64,000 nucleotides of DNA from an uncultured Poribacteria bacterium (GCA_951813565.1 OX638351.1:800001-864000); one strand, 5' to 3'; shown: positions 1-10,566, counted from the first letter of the stretch. Numbers and translations are program-made. The notes: generated from the sequence alone by a model not told the origin.

Positions 1-68
1 ATTTACAAATTTACCGCTACCAAAGGTGATGATCGCGCTCAAAAGGTTGGTAAGATAGTGGTTCTCAA

Positions 69-463
69 GTAGAAGGCAATTTAGTGGTAGAGATTCTTGT
101 GGGAGGCGTTTTCAACGCCGATTTTCTTATGTAGCGTAAACTTTCAGTTTGCGCACACAATTCGGGCATAAACTAAAAGTTCGTGCTACAGCAGAAGACT
201 TGCTGCAACTCAGATAACACACAAGCAAATCTTTCTAAAATACAGATGTACTATCTTAAATTGACGCCCTACGGTGCGATTGGAAACCGCAACCATAACT
301 GTCAATTTAAAAAAATCTGGATTATCTCTTCTTGTAGGAGCGAGCTCCGGCTCGCGACATCGGACGAAGGGTCGCGAGCTGGAGCTCGCTCCTACAGAAT
401 GTCCGAAGTGCCAAATTCCAAACGCGCATTTGACGTTAATTTGACAATGAATTGCGCGACTAC
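69..463. repeat. Two adjacent TIR-bounded units carrying GTAG-type REP hairpins (same family as 30826-31451)
   Basis: Ends gtagaaggcaatttag (69-84) / cttaaattgacgccctacg (255-273), then cataactgtcaatttaa (from 294) / degenerate ttaatttgaca (436-446). Internal pairs gtagcgtaaactttcagtttgcgc...gtgctac and gtaggagcgagctccggctcgcga...tcgcgagctggagctcgctcctac. Confidence 0.65.
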
Positions 464-551
464 AAACGGCATTTCTATAAATCAAGCGGCACCTGGCGTC
501 TGTCCTTGTCTGTGTTGATGCGGCAAATATTTATGCACACCCCTCATATAA

Positions 552-1532
552 TTATGATGTGCTACCAAACACCAATACATCGTAGTCCTGCCCGTTATAC
601 GTAAACTGATTTTTGAACCTTCCTTCACAAGCAAAACCCGCTGCTTCTAAAACTGCTGCCTTCTTTTCGGCACTGCTATCAACATAACACTGCACTTTCA
701 ATTCGGGAAACTTTAACGCTGAAAGTAACTCAGGTATAGAATCCGTAAAATTAGGGTGAAAAAAAAGATCAAGGATAGCAACGGCATTGCGCCACTGGCT
801 ATCCCTACAGACCGTTGCCCACCCAACAATTGCCCCGCTTTCTGTGACCAACAGTTTTGCATCATCGTAAGCGTCATCAGTTTCCAAAGTGTGCTTAAAA
901 CCAAGAAAACCACCTTCCAGATTCGTTGGTCCAAAAACGTTCCATGTAAGACTGCGAAGTGCATCCCATCCGACGATAGCGGACAACGCTGTTAACTTCG
1001 CCCAGTCATGCCATTCGACTGATTTCGGCTCCACAGGCGCAGGAGCGAAGTAGTGCTCTTCAAAATCCGTGTTCACATGATACTTCATAAAACCAGACTC
1101 TGTAAAAACGCTCTCAAATCCAAAACTGTGGTAGATATGGTAAGGATGACCACCGTACCCTGTTCCAAGGTATAGTGCGCGGCCATCTCTTTGCCGAAAA
1201 TCTTCCATCTGATAAGCGATTGCGCCCTTACATGCTCCCTTTCTACGTTGGTCTGGCAATGTAAATACATGTCCTAAAATACCGATACCTTCATGTTCAA
1301 CCGTCATGATGTTGGTAATTACGTTTCCGTCAATTTTCCCAACATAGAAGCGGGTTTCTAACGCATCAAGTGATTCCGTAACACATCGTTCAATATGCCA
1401 TTTATAGTTCCCCGGTTTATGTCCGAGAAATTTCTTTATCTCTTCGGCATGTGGTTCATCAGGTACATCAATCATACCAACTTCCATGTTCTCGCCTGTT
1501 TTTAGCACTGTGTTTCCCAATTTTTTATACAT
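552..1532 (-). CDS. GNAT-family N-acetyltransferase (probably two GNAT-like domains)
   Basis: Acetyl-CoA motif A 'VFTLPDQRRKGAC', then 'IYHSFGFE'; second 'LEAAGFACEG' motif near the C-terminus. Confidence 0.8.
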   Translation of the reverse strand: MYKKLGNTVLKTGENMEVGMIDVPDEPHAEEIKKFLGHKPGNYKWHIERCVTESLDALETRFYVGKIDGNVITNIMTVEHEGIGILGHVFTLPDQRRKGACKGAIAYQMEDFRQRDGRALYLGTGYGGHPYHIYHSFGFESVFTESGFMKYHVNTDFEEHYFAPAPVEPKSVEWHDWAKLTALSAIVGWDALRSLTWNVFGPTNLEGGFLGFKHTLETDDAYDDAKLLVTESGAIVGWATVCRDSQWRNAVAILDLFFHPNFTDSIPELLSALKFPELKVQCYVDSSAEKKAAVLEAAGFACEGRFKNQFTYNGQDYDVLVFGSTS

Positions 1533-1569
1533 TTTTCCCTCACATCCAGAAAATTTTAACTTTTAATAT

Positions 1570-1598
1570 TTGACAAAATTTTTAAAATATCATATACT
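1570..1598 (+). promoter_or_regulatory. sigma70-type promoter of ndk
   Basis: TTGACA (1570-1575), 17 nt spacer, TATACT (1593-1598). Confidence 0.6.
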
Positions 1599-1679
1599 TA
1601 AAAAGATTAGGTGTCAAGAACGAACACCGTCTTTTAAATTGTATAAAACCTTATTGTTAAGAACTGAAACGGAGTTGAT

Positions 1680-2099
1680 ATGGAAATAGAACAGACACTG
1701 ATTCTGGTGAAACCAGATGGTGTTCAACGTGGGCTTATTGGAGAGATCATTTCCCGCTACGAACGAAAAGGGCTAAAACTTATTGGGTTGAAATTATTAC
1801 AACTTCCGCTCGTTAAAGCGGAAGAACTGTATGCTATCCATAAAGGACAACCTTTTTATGAACGACTCATCGAATTTATGACATCAACTCCTATTGTTGC
1901 AATGGCTGTTGAGGGTAAGAACGCTATTAAATTAGCCCGTCTCATCAACGGTGCAACTGATCCACTTGAATCTGCACCTGGAAGTATTCGCGGGGATTAT
2001 TCAATTGACATCACATATAACCTTGTACATGCATCGGATTGTTTAGAGAACGCCAAGTGTGAATTATCTATTCTATTTTCAGCAGAAGAACTCTGTTAA
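1680..2099 (+). CDS. ndk: Nucleoside-diphosphate kinase
   Basis: 'EQTLILVKPDGVQRGLIGEII', 'PGSIRGDY', catalytic His in 'NLVHASD'. Confidence 0.97.
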   Translation: MEIEQTLILVKPDGVQRGLIGEIISRYERKGLKLIGLKLLQLPLVKAEELYAIHKGQPFYERLIEFMTSTPIVAMAVEGKNAIKLARLINGATDPLESAPGSIRGDYSIDITYNLVHASDCLENAKCELSILFSAEELC

Positions 2100-2304
2100 T
2101 ACCGTTTAACTGTTATAACAATTTGTGTTCGTTGGCTTTTTATTTTAAATTCAAACGTCACTTTGAAAATTTTAATCCAGAGAGTAATATATGAGGTTAA
2201 TTATTACTATAATTAATCACAGATAGTTGAAAAATTTTGGCTATCGCAAAGTGTTGGTACAGCAATTTGTATCCAACAAACTTTAATTTATATAGGAGGT
2301 TAAT

Positions 2305-3120
2305 ATGAATTTTGCTAATATGTTTAGAGGATTTAATAATGGCATACGTGTAGAGCGTTTTGCCTTCATCGTAATGGTGCTCACCATTGGAGTTGCTTTC
2401 AGTGTGTATGCTGGAAAAGACGATTGCACAAATATTGATGGTGATGGTGACAAACCTATTAAAGAGGTAGGTAAAGAAGATGTTGGCGTTGTGAATGATT
2501 ACGATGAAGTTGTTGAAGAGGATGACCGTAAGGGTGTTATCTATCTCGCTCTAATAGGTGGAAGCCAACCGAAAGCAAACGCCTGTGGGCTTATTCCAAA
2601 GAATGATGCAGGCCAATGGACAGGTTGGGGTGGTCCCCTAAACTTTGATAATGTCACTATCGGTGAAGGTGGCGCTACCCGAAACCATATCGTCATCGGC
2701 GGCACCTATTTTGAGCGCGGTTTCGGCGCGCATGCCGTTGGTACTTTTGTCTACGATTTGACTGGCGATGATTACACCAAATTTGAAGCGTATGTCGGCA
2801 TGTCCGATGAAAAAGACCCGGGTGACTGTGGGCACGGCGGTAGCAGTGATTTCACTTTTTCTGTTGATGGAAAAGAGGCTTTCAAATCCGAGACGCTTAA
2901 AGGTTCAGATGGCGGCGAAAATATTGAAGCGGTCAAGGTCGAATTTGACATCCCCGCAAATGCCAAGGAACTCACAATCGTGATGGGCGACGGTGGCGAC
3001 GGAATAGGCTGCGACCATTCAACAATTGGAGACGCTAAACTCCTTACCGCACAAGCACTTGCGGTTGAACCCGCTAACAAACTCCCTACAATTTGGGGGC
3101 ATCTGAAAGCGCGCTATTAA
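2305..3120 (+). CDS. Secreted NPCBM/NEW2 carbohydrate-binding-domain protein
   Basis: Signal peptide; NPCBM-like 'IGGTYFERGFGAHA', 'FEAYVGMSD', 'GDGGDGIGCDHS'; C-terminal AVEPANKLPTIWGHLKARY. Confidence 0.8.
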   Translation: MNFANMFRGFNNGIRVERFAFIVMVLTIGVAFSVYAGKDDCTNIDGDGDKPIKEVGKEDVGVVNDYDEVVEEDDRKGVIYLALIGGSQPKANACGLIPKNDAGQWTGWGGPLNFDNVTIGEGGATRNHIVIGGTYFERGFGAHAVGTFVYDLTGDDYTKFEAYVGMSDEKDPGDCGHGGSSDFTFSVDGKEAFKSETLKGSDGGENIEAVKVEFDIPANAKELTIVMGDGGDGIGCDHSTIGDAKLLTAQALAVEPANKLPTIWGHLKARY

Positions 3121-3313
3121 ACATTGCAGCATGAAAATAGGTATTACTTATATCTGCTCGTTTTACTTATAGCAGATTTTACAATTAACGGCATATTTTG
3201 ATAGACACACCTACAAGTGAGTGTTGACTTATTTTGTTTCACTATAGTCAACTGGTAAATTAACTATATGTATTAGATTACGTTTTTATCAAAACTAATG
3301 GAGGTTAAGAACA

Positions 3314-4090
3314 TTGAAACTTACTAATCTTTTTGCGATAAGCACCTTACTAATCGTCGGACTCGTTTTCAGCGTTTACGCTGACAAAAGCGACTGTACG
3401 AATCTTGAAGGTGACGGTGCCAAACCTATTACAAAGGTTGCCGATGAAGATCCCGGTGTCCAAAATGACTACGATACAGTCGTTGAAGAAGATGACCGAG
3501 ATGGTGTCGTTTATCTCGCTTTAATTGGTGGAAGTCAACCGAAACCCAATGCATGTGGTCTCATTCCAAAAAATCCAGCTGGCGAATGGACAGGTTGGGG
3601 TGGCCCGTTAAACTTTGACAATGCTACTATCGGTGAAGGTGCAACTACCCGAAACCATATTGTCATTGGCGGCATCTACTTTGAGCGCGGTTTCGGTGCA
3701 CATGCTGTTGGTACTTTTGTCTACGATTTGACTGGCGATGATTACACCAAATTTGAAGCGTATGTCGGCATGTCCGATGAAAAAGACCCGGGTGACTGTG
3801 GGCACGGCGGCAGTAGTCATTTCACTTTTTCTGTTGATGGAAATGAGGTGGTTGCAACCGAAACGTTGCAAGGTGCGGTAGATGGTGAAAATGTTGAGGC
3901 ATTCAAAGTTGAATTTGACATCCCCGCTAACGCCGAAGAACTCACAATCGTTATGGGTGATGGCGGTGACGGCATAGGCTGCGACCATTCTGCAATTGGG
4001 GACGCCAAACTCCTCACGACGAAAGCAACCGCAGTTGAACCTGCTAACAAACTTCCCACAATTTGGGGACATCTGAAAGCACGTTATTAG
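3314..4090 (+). CDS. Secreted NPCBM/NEW2-domain protein, tandem paralog of 2305..3120
   Basis: Same motifs and identical last 19 residues; TTG start after GGAGG. Confidence 0.8.
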   Translation: MKLTNLFAISTLLIVGLVFSVYADKSDCTNLEGDGAKPITKVADEDPGVQNDYDTVVEEDDRDGVVYLALIGGSQPKPNACGLIPKNPAGEWTGWGGPLNFDNATIGEGATTRNHIVIGGIYFERGFGAHAVGTFVYDLTGDDYTKFEAYVGMSDEKDPGDCGHGGSSHFTFSVDGNEVVATETLQGAVDGENVEAFKVEFDIPANAEELTIVMGDGGDGIGCDHSAIGDAKLLTTKATAVEPANKLPTIWGHLKARY

Positions 4091-4180
4091 GTTTTAATGC
4101 GTGGAGGCAGAACTTCATATCTGCTCGTTTGAAATTCATAAACACTGTCGGTGTTTACGGCAGGTGAAATTAATATATTT

Positions 4181-4229
4181 AGTCTGCTTTAGTCAAAGTG
4201 CATAGCGCATTGGCTGAAGCAGGCTTTTT
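4181..4229 (+). terminator. Probable intrinsic terminator
   Basis: agtctgctttagtcaa...ttggctgaagcaggct stem followed by a T-run, after the paralog pair. Confidence 0.5.
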
Positions 4230-4396
4230 GCTGCGATTTGCTCAATTCTTCTGCCCAAGAAACTCTTTAAAAAGAATTGAATTCCAACAAGGTGTAAATT
4301 TATTGACAAATGTTGGAATTGATAGAAAATTTAACGTAAGTTCAATTTAATATACAATTTCTAAAAAACCCGATTTTTTCATTTTTTTTCAAATTA

Positions 4397-4424
4397 TGCA
4401 ATGTTTTCTGTCCAAAATCGCGTC
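4397..4424 (+). promoter_or_regulatory. Putative ECF-type autoregulatory promoter (TGCAAT-N18-CGTC), now separated from the sigma gene by IS630
   Basis: Same motif and spacing as TGCAAC-N18-CGTC upstream of the second ECF sigma gene (27906-27933, minus strand). Confidence 0.55.
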
Positions 4425-4428
4425 TTTA

Positions 4429-5336
4429 TAGTAGATATTGAAAATAAGTTTACATTTTCTGGGATTTATGCTAGCCTTTATAATTATGGCATATTCAACA
4501 GATTTACGCAAACGCGTGCTTGATTTCATCAATAATGGTGGCAGTAAAGCCGCCGCAGAACGCACTTTTCGTGTCTCAAGAAGAACGATCTATAACTGGT
4601 TGGAAGCAGAAGACCCCTTCGCCTGTGAAAAACCGGGACCCAAAGGGCCCCGAGATATTGATTATGACGCACTTCAGCAACATGTTGCCGATTTCCCAGA
4701 TTCCACACTCGCCGAACGTGCTAAACACTTCGGTGTTTCAACAAATGGCATCTTTTATGCCTTCTCAAAACTCAATATCACGCGAAAAAAAAGACCACGA
4801 CCTACAAAGAACAGTGTCCGATAAAACGCCAAGAGTATCTTTCGGCACTTCAACAAGAGACACAGGCGCATGGCAAAACACCGGTTTATCTTGACGAAAG
4901 TGGTTTCACTGAAACCACTTTCCGTCGGTATGCTTATGCCCCGAAAGGTGTCCGTGTTGAAGATAAAGTGCCAAGCCATCGGTATACCACCACGACGCTG
5001 ATTGCTGCAAGGCTTGATGGATGTTTCACAGCACCTGTGCTTTTCGAGGGCAGTTGCGACGCGGTCGCCTTCAACAGTTGGCTTTCGGAAATGTTGTGTC
5101 CATTGCTTGACGATAGCCATGTTGTGATTATGGATAATGCGTCTTTCCACAAAGGTTCACAGACGGCGGCATTGATCCGGGATTGCGGTGCGAGTTTGTT
5201 GTTTTTACCGCCGTATTCACCGGAGTTGAACCCGATTGAGAAGGATTTCGCCAACATCAAGCGGATACGTCAATACAACGCTGAGACCTCTATTGATGAT
5301 ATTATAAAAGTGTATAAGTAATTACGGGATTTACTA
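4429..5336 (+). mobile_element. IS630-family insertion sequence
   Basis: Ends TA|TAGTAGAT... and ...ATTTACTA|TA (imperfect IR with TA duplication at 4427-4428 and 5337-5338); encloses an HTH plus DDE transposase. Confidence 0.9.
4486..5321 (+). CDS. IS630 transposase, split by a -1 frameshift at the A8G run (4785-4793)
   Basis: OrfA 'MAYSTDLRKRVL...ITRKK'; the -1 frame continues 'KTTTYKEQ...YLDESG...IMDNASFH...LPPYSPELNPIE' (DDE triad). Confidence 0.9.
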
Positions 5337-5449
5337 TAATAACAGAGCGGATGAACCGCATCGCATTGCACAATCTTACAAGACTCGACATTTGATTAAA
5401 CTTTTTGGCAAATGTAAACGCGCCCAATCTATTGTTAGGAGAAAACCTC

Positions 5450-7594
5450 GTGAAAAGAGATGACGATGTTCAGTTAATTCGCAAAATTTTGTCAGGCGAT
5501 GATGAGGCGTTTAACGCTTTAGTCCAAAAGTATCAAAAAAGTGTTCATACCCTTGTGTGGCGAAATATAGGCGATTTTCACTATGCTGAAGAAATTACGC
5601 AAGACACTTTTCTCCAAGCATACGAAAAACTTTCGACGCTCAAGAACCCCAGTCAATTTGCTGGGTGGCTCTATGTGATTGCAAATCGGTTATGTATCGC
5701 TTGGATACGAGAGCAAAGACTCGCGATGCAACCGCTGGATGACACGTCTGTAAAAATAATAGATAACTTAACTTACGAGCGTTATATATTGGATCAGCGT
5801 GAGACAGAAGCAATTGAGCGTCGTTATGAAATTGTTGAAAAACTTCTGGCAAAACTGCCGGAGAGTGAACGCACGGTAATGACACTCTACTATCTGGGTG
5901 AAATGACAACAAAAGAAATAGGCGATTTCTTGAGTGTGCCGGTGAATACGATTTTGAGTCGGCTCCACCGGGCACGAAAACGTTTACAAGAGAAAGGAGA
6001 ATTTCTTCAAATGCCAAGTAATAACCAGCAACAGAATCTGGTAACGCAGATTAAAAACCACCATAGATCGGGCGAATTTGATAAGGCTTTAGAGATTAGC
6101 GTACGTGCACTGGAATCCAATCCTGCGAACTTAGAGGCTTATAGTTCTCGATGGAGACTGATAGCCGAAATGTTTCCAGAAGAAGAGGCGAAGAAAATGA
6201 TTTGCTCGGAAACCGAAGCACTACTGCGAACACAACCAGAAACCTCAGAGGTCTTAGACACTGCCTATTGGGGATATATGTACCTACCCAACCGCACAAA
6301 GCATGTTCCAAACAGTTTGTTTGATCAAATGTTGCAATATCCCAGAACCCAAGTTCATCTGACAGCATTGTTAGGATTAGCTGAACGGAGTGAAGATGCA
6401 TCTCATCAGTGGCACTATTACCAACGCGTCATTGATGAGTTTACTGTTTCAGATGCCCCGATATTGTCTTGGTATTGGTTAGCTTATGAACAAATGCTGA
6501 GGTTAGCTGAGCAAGACCGTTCTCTTGCAAGCGATGATTACCTTGATGGACTTATTGACCGATGTTTGCAAGTACATCTTACCTATCACAAGGAGACACA
6601 GCAGTGGTTCTATGTGGCTTATACGGAAGCAGTTAAATATCGACTGAAGCTTAACAACCGATTAGATAAAGCATTGGAAACTTTAGAATGTGCTGAAATC
6701 AGATTAGGGGAAGATGAAGAACAGAAATGGATGATTGAAAACAACAACGGAACTGTAGAAGAGGCGCACAAGGGAATCGCTCGCTTGCGCTGTGAAATCT
6801 ACCTCCAGCAAGAACGGTGGCAAGAAGCATACGATGGACTTATCGAAAATGCCCCCGATTTTTTGGCAGCCTTCTGGAGAAGGTTCAACGAGCGTACCAT
6901 CAGTTACTTCTATATGTTGGGACGGTCAGCAGAAGGCATAGGAGATTGGGAAACAGCAAGGCGTTACTATGCCGATGCACACTTTGCTCCCAAGCCTCAC
7001 GTTGAAGCCCAAGTAGGATTGAAACGCGTCTATCATCAAACGGCGCGAGGGAAGACCCCTGATACATTTGAGACATTCCTCAAAGATACCGAGGCCGAAT
7101 ACCAGATCCGAGAAGCGGCGGATCTCGAAAAATTCCGTCAGGAATTTATCACGAATAGACTGAATAAGAAAGCAACGGATTTTCGGTTAGAAACTCTGGA
7201 AGGCGAGACCTACTCGCTATCAGCAATGGCTGGGAAGATTGTTTTACTTACCGTTGCGACTTCGCAATTTGCTGGGATATACAACAAGGCAAATCCGGAG
7301 GTTAAAACTGTCTACGAGAAATTCAGCGAAAACGATGATGTCGTTGTCTTAGGCATCAGTGATGGTGGCACGCCTCACCAAGTACGGGAGTTTTTGGCTG
7401 CATATGAACCCTTTTGGCCCGTTCTGTTTGACCCACACCAAGAGGTGAGGAAGGCTTATCAGATTGAAACAACGTCATCATTTTTTTTGTTGATTGATAA
7501 AACTGGGAATTGTCAATACAGTTTGGTAAGTCCACATCTTATGGACGGTCAGCCCTTAATTTGGTTAATTGAAGCCCTCCTATCAGATGAATGA
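5450..7594 (+). CDS. ECF sigma-70 factor fused to a TPR-like helical region and a C-terminal thioredoxin/redoxin-like domain
   Basis: Sigma region 2 'AEEITQDTFLQAY...FAGWLYVIANRLC'; region 4 'KLPESERTVMTLYY...ILSRLHRARKRL'; C-terminal 'ATDFRLETLEGETYSLSAMAGKIVLL...LIDKTG'. GTG start at 5450 after AGGAG. Confidence 0.85.
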   Translation: MKRDDDVQLIRKILSGDDEAFNALVQKYQKSVHTLVWRNIGDFHYAEEITQDTFLQAYEKLSTLKNPSQFAGWLYVIANRLCIAWIREQRLAMQPLDDTSVKIIDNLTYERYILDQRETEAIERRYEIVEKLLAKLPESERTVMTLYYLGEMTTKEIGDFLSVPVNTILSRLHRARKRLQEKGEFLQMPSNNQQQNLVTQIKNHHRSGEFDKALEISVRALESNPANLEAYSSRWRLIAEMFPEEEAKKMICSETEALLRTQPETSEVLDTAYWGYMYLPNRTKHVPNSLFDQMLQYPRTQVHLTALLGLAERSEDASHQWHYYQRVIDEFTVSDAPILSWYWLAYEQMLRLAEQDRSLASDDYLDGLIDRCLQVHLTYHKETQQWFYVAYTEAVKYRLKLNNRLDKALETLECAEIRLGEDEEQKWMIENNNGTVEEAHKGIARLRCEIYLQQERWQEAYDGLIENAPDFLAAFWRRFNERTISYFYMLGRSAEGIGDWETARRYYADAHFAPKPHVEAQVGLKRVYHQTARGKTPDTFETFLKDTEAEYQIREAADLEKFRQEFITNRLNKKATDFRLETLEGETYSLSAMAGKIVLLTVATSQFAGIYNKANPEVKTVYEKFSENDDVVVLGISDGGTPHQVREFLAAYEPFWPVLFDPHQEVRKAYQIETTSSFFLLIDKTGNCQYSLVSPHLMDGQPLIWLIEALLSDE

Positions 7595-7752
7595 AAATAA
7601 GGTGCTACTGATACTCATTGAGTGTTGAAGAACTGAATCCCTTATGAGGCAATCTGTACAAAGGTATCAAACCAGTATCTGAAAATAATTGAAATCCAGC
7701 ACCTATTGTGGTAAAATAGCTTAAAACATTTTACTATACGAAGGAGTTGCAG

Positions 7753-10422
7753 ATGCCTCACCCCTCTCACAATCTGTTCAATACGCGCCTAACCCTTGAA
7801 AGCGAAGGGTTTGAACATACCTACTATTCGCTTCCTGCATTAGAAGAAGCAGGTAAGGGTTCAATTGAGACTTTACCTGTCAGTATTCGAATTCTACTTG
7901 AATCGTTATTACGGAATTACGATGGACATCAAATCACCGAACAGGACGTTATCAACTTAGCAAATTGGGATGCACATTCCCCGAAGGCAGCGGAAATTCC
8001 GTTCAAACCTGCACGTGTGGTAGCACAAGATTTCACAGGCGTTCCACTTGTTGTTGATATTGCTGCGATGCGGTCTGCTGTCGCAGAACTCGACGGCGAT
8101 GCGCAAATGATTGAGCCGCTTGTACCTGTTGATTTGGTGATTGATCACTCTATTCAGGTTGATGCGTACGGCACAGAGAACGCTTTTCAATTTAACACCC
8201 GTAGAGAGTTTGAACGTAATAAGGAACGTTATGAATTTCTGAAATGGGGACAGCAGGCGTTTGAAAAGTTCAAAATCATTCCGCCATCTATCGGTATTGT
8301 GCATCAGGTAAATTTGGAATACCTCGCGCAGGTCGTGATGACAGAAGAATCGGTTGCTTATCCTGATACTGTTGTCGGCACAGATTCGCATACTACTATG
8401 ATTAATGGATTAGGCATTGTCGGTTGGGGTGTTGGTGGTATTGAGGCTGAAGCGGCGATGTTGGGGCAGCCAGTATACATTTTGACGCCTGAAGTGCTCG
8501 GCGTTCACATGAAAGGCGAACTCCAAGAAGGCGTAACAGCAACGGATCTGGTATTGACTGTAACGCAACGACTCAGAGCGGCTGCGGTTGTTGGTAAATT
8601 TGTTGAATTTTTCGGTGAAGGTGTAGAAGCGCTTGCGCTGCCTGACCGAGCAACACTCTCTAACATGTGTCCCGAATATGGGGCGACTATTGGATTTTTC
8701 CCACCCGATGCTGAGACGATGAATTACCTCCGTCTAACCGGACGCGACGAAGCACATGTTGACTTTGTAGAAGCGTATCTAAAAGCACAAGGATTGTTCG
8801 GTATTCCGCGCCTCGGAGAAGTTAAATACTCCGATGTGTTGGAGATTGATCTCAGTGATATTGAGCCGAGCATCGCCGGACCGAAACGACCACAAGACCG
8901 AATCGCCTTGTCAGATGTCAAAAACACTTTTAATGAACTCCTCACGAAACCCATAGCAGATGATGGGTTTGGCGTAACGGAAGGGACAGGTGATGGCAAT
9001 ATCACTCACGGGTCAGTCGTTATCTCAGCAATTACAAGTTGCACAAACACCAGTAACCCATCTGTAATGATTGGCGCTGGATTACTCGCCAAAAAAGCGG
9101 TCGAGAAAGGTTTGCGCGTTCCCGACTATGTTAAAACAAGTTTAGCGCCGGGTTCACGAGTCGTAACTGAGTATCTGCGAAACACAGGATTATTGCCCTA
9201 TTTAGAAAAGTTAGGCTATAACGTGGTAGGTTATGGCTGCACAACTTGTATTGGTAACAGTGGGCCTCTCAATGAAGTTGTTCAGGAAGCAATTGACACA
9301 GAAAATCTTGTGACTGCCAGTGTCTTAAGTGGGAATAGGAATTTTGAAGCGCGTGTACATCCAGAGATAAAAGCCAATTTCCTGATGTCGCCACCACTTG
9401 TCGTTGCTTATGGACTTGCCGGACGGATTGACATTGACCTCGCCACAGAACCCATCGGGCATAATGATGCTGGTGAAGCAGTTTACCTACGAGATATTTG
9501 GCCCACACGCCAAGAAATTGCTGATATGATTAGCGCTGCTGTTGACCGAAAGACGTTTAAGGAGATATACGAATCTATCGGTAATCAAGCGCCGGAATGG
9601 GAAGAACTCGCTGGTGCTACAGGTGTGCTTTATCCGTGGAACGAAAGAAGTACCTATATTCAACATCCACCATTCTTTGAAGGATTTTCACGCGAACCCG
9701 CGCAGATTTCGGATATTGTTGATACGCGCATCCTCGGCATCTTCGGCGATTCTGTCACCACAGACCATATCTCTCCCGCAGGTGCAATCGCAGCAGCCAG
9801 TCCTGCAGGCAGTTATCTGCAGGAATGTGGTGTTGAAACACAAGATTTCAATACCTACGGCGCAAGACGCGGCAACGACCGTGTGATGAGTCGTGGCACA
9901 TTTGCGAACCGTCGTGTCCGAAACTTGATGACGCCCGATGTAGAAGGTGGATATACCGTTCAGTATCCACAAGGCACACAAACGACTATTTACGAAGCGG
10001 CACTCCATTATAGCGAAAACGATATTCCAACGGTTATTTTTGCAGGACAGGATTACGGTATGGGAAGTTCACGCGATTGGGCTGCAAAGGGACCTAAGCT
10101 GCTTGGGGTTAAAGCGGTTGTCGTAGAAAGCTATGAGCGAATCCACCGTAGCAATCTCATCGGCATGGGTATTTTACCATTGCAGTTTAAAGACGGTGAA
10201 AATGCACAGACGCTCGATCTTGATGGTAGTGAGATTATCAGCATCACAGGGTTTGCTGATGACCTACAACCGGGACAGATGGCAACAATGAAAATTGTCC
10301 GATCCAATGGTGAGGCGCACACAACGGAATTGCTTATCCGAATTGATTCACCTGTAGAGGTAGAATACTACAAGCATGGCGGGATATTGGATTATGTGAT
10401 TCGGAATTTCTTGTCTATATAG
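7753..10422 (+). CDS. acnA: Aconitate hydratase A
   Basis: 'QDFTGVP', 'GTDSHT', Fe-S ligands 'ITSCTNTSN' and '[12 protein letters not shown]', '[12 protein letters not shown]'. Confidence 0.97.
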   Translation: MPHPSHNLFNTRLTLESEGFEHTYYSLPALEEAGKGSIETLPVSIRILLESLLRNYDGHQITEQDVINLANWDAHSPKAAEIPFKPARVVAQDFTGVPLVVDIAAMRSAVAELDGDAQMIEPLVPVDLVIDHSIQVDAYGTENAFQFNTRREFERNKERYEFLKWGQQAFEKFKIIPPSIGIVHQVNLEYLAQVVMTEESVAYPDTVVGTDSHTTMINGLGIVGWGVGGIEAEAAMLGQPVYILTPEVLGVHMKGELQEGVTATDLVLTVTQRLRAAAVVGKFVEFFGEGVEALALPDRATLSNMCPEYGATIGFFPPDAETMNYLRLTGRDEAHVDFVEAYLKAQGLFGIPRLGEVKYSDVLEIDLSDIEPSIAGPKRPQDRIALSDVKNTFNELLTKPIADDGFGVTEGTGDGNITHGSVVISAITSCTNTSNPSVMIGAGLLAKKAVEKGLRVPDYVKTSLAPGSRVVTEYLRNTGLLPYLEKLGYNVVGYGCTTCIGNSGPLNEVVQEAIDTENLVTASVLSGNRNFEARVHPEIKANFLMSPPLVVAYGLAGRIDIDLATEPIGHNDAGEAVYLRDIWPTRQEIADMISAAVDRKTFKEIYESIGNQAPEWEELAGATGVLYPWNERSTYIQHPPFFEGFSREPAQISDIVDTRILGIFGDSVTTDHISPAGAIAAASPAGSYLQECGVETQDFNTYGARRGNDRVMSRGTFANRRVRNLMTPDVEGGYTVQYPQGTQTTIYEAALHYSENDIPTVIFAGQDYGMGSSRDWAAKGPKLLGVKAVVVESYERIHRSNLIGMGILPLQFKDGENAQTLDLDGSEIISITGFADDLQPGQMATMKIVRSNGEAHTTELLIRIDSPVEVEYYKHGGILDYVIRNFLSI

Positions 10423-10566
10423 TGCAAGCTATCTGCCCTCATGGGTAGAGTTTATTCCATTTTTTGCATCGCATTTTTTTGACGTAAGGGGTTAATATTG
10501 TGTCATTTTGTGATATTGGAAATTTAGTATGCTATCAAAAACCGTTGCTAATGGAGGATTTTGAGC

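Noticed and set aside
183..518. ORFs 183..518 and 210..485, and similar ORFs at 11425, 24445, 30961, 31019 and 44636
   Set aside because: They run through palindromic repeat or structured DNA and show no protein-like motifs.
2305..4090. DGR template/variable repeat pair
   Set aside because: Both copies are full genes and their differences are not adenine-specific.
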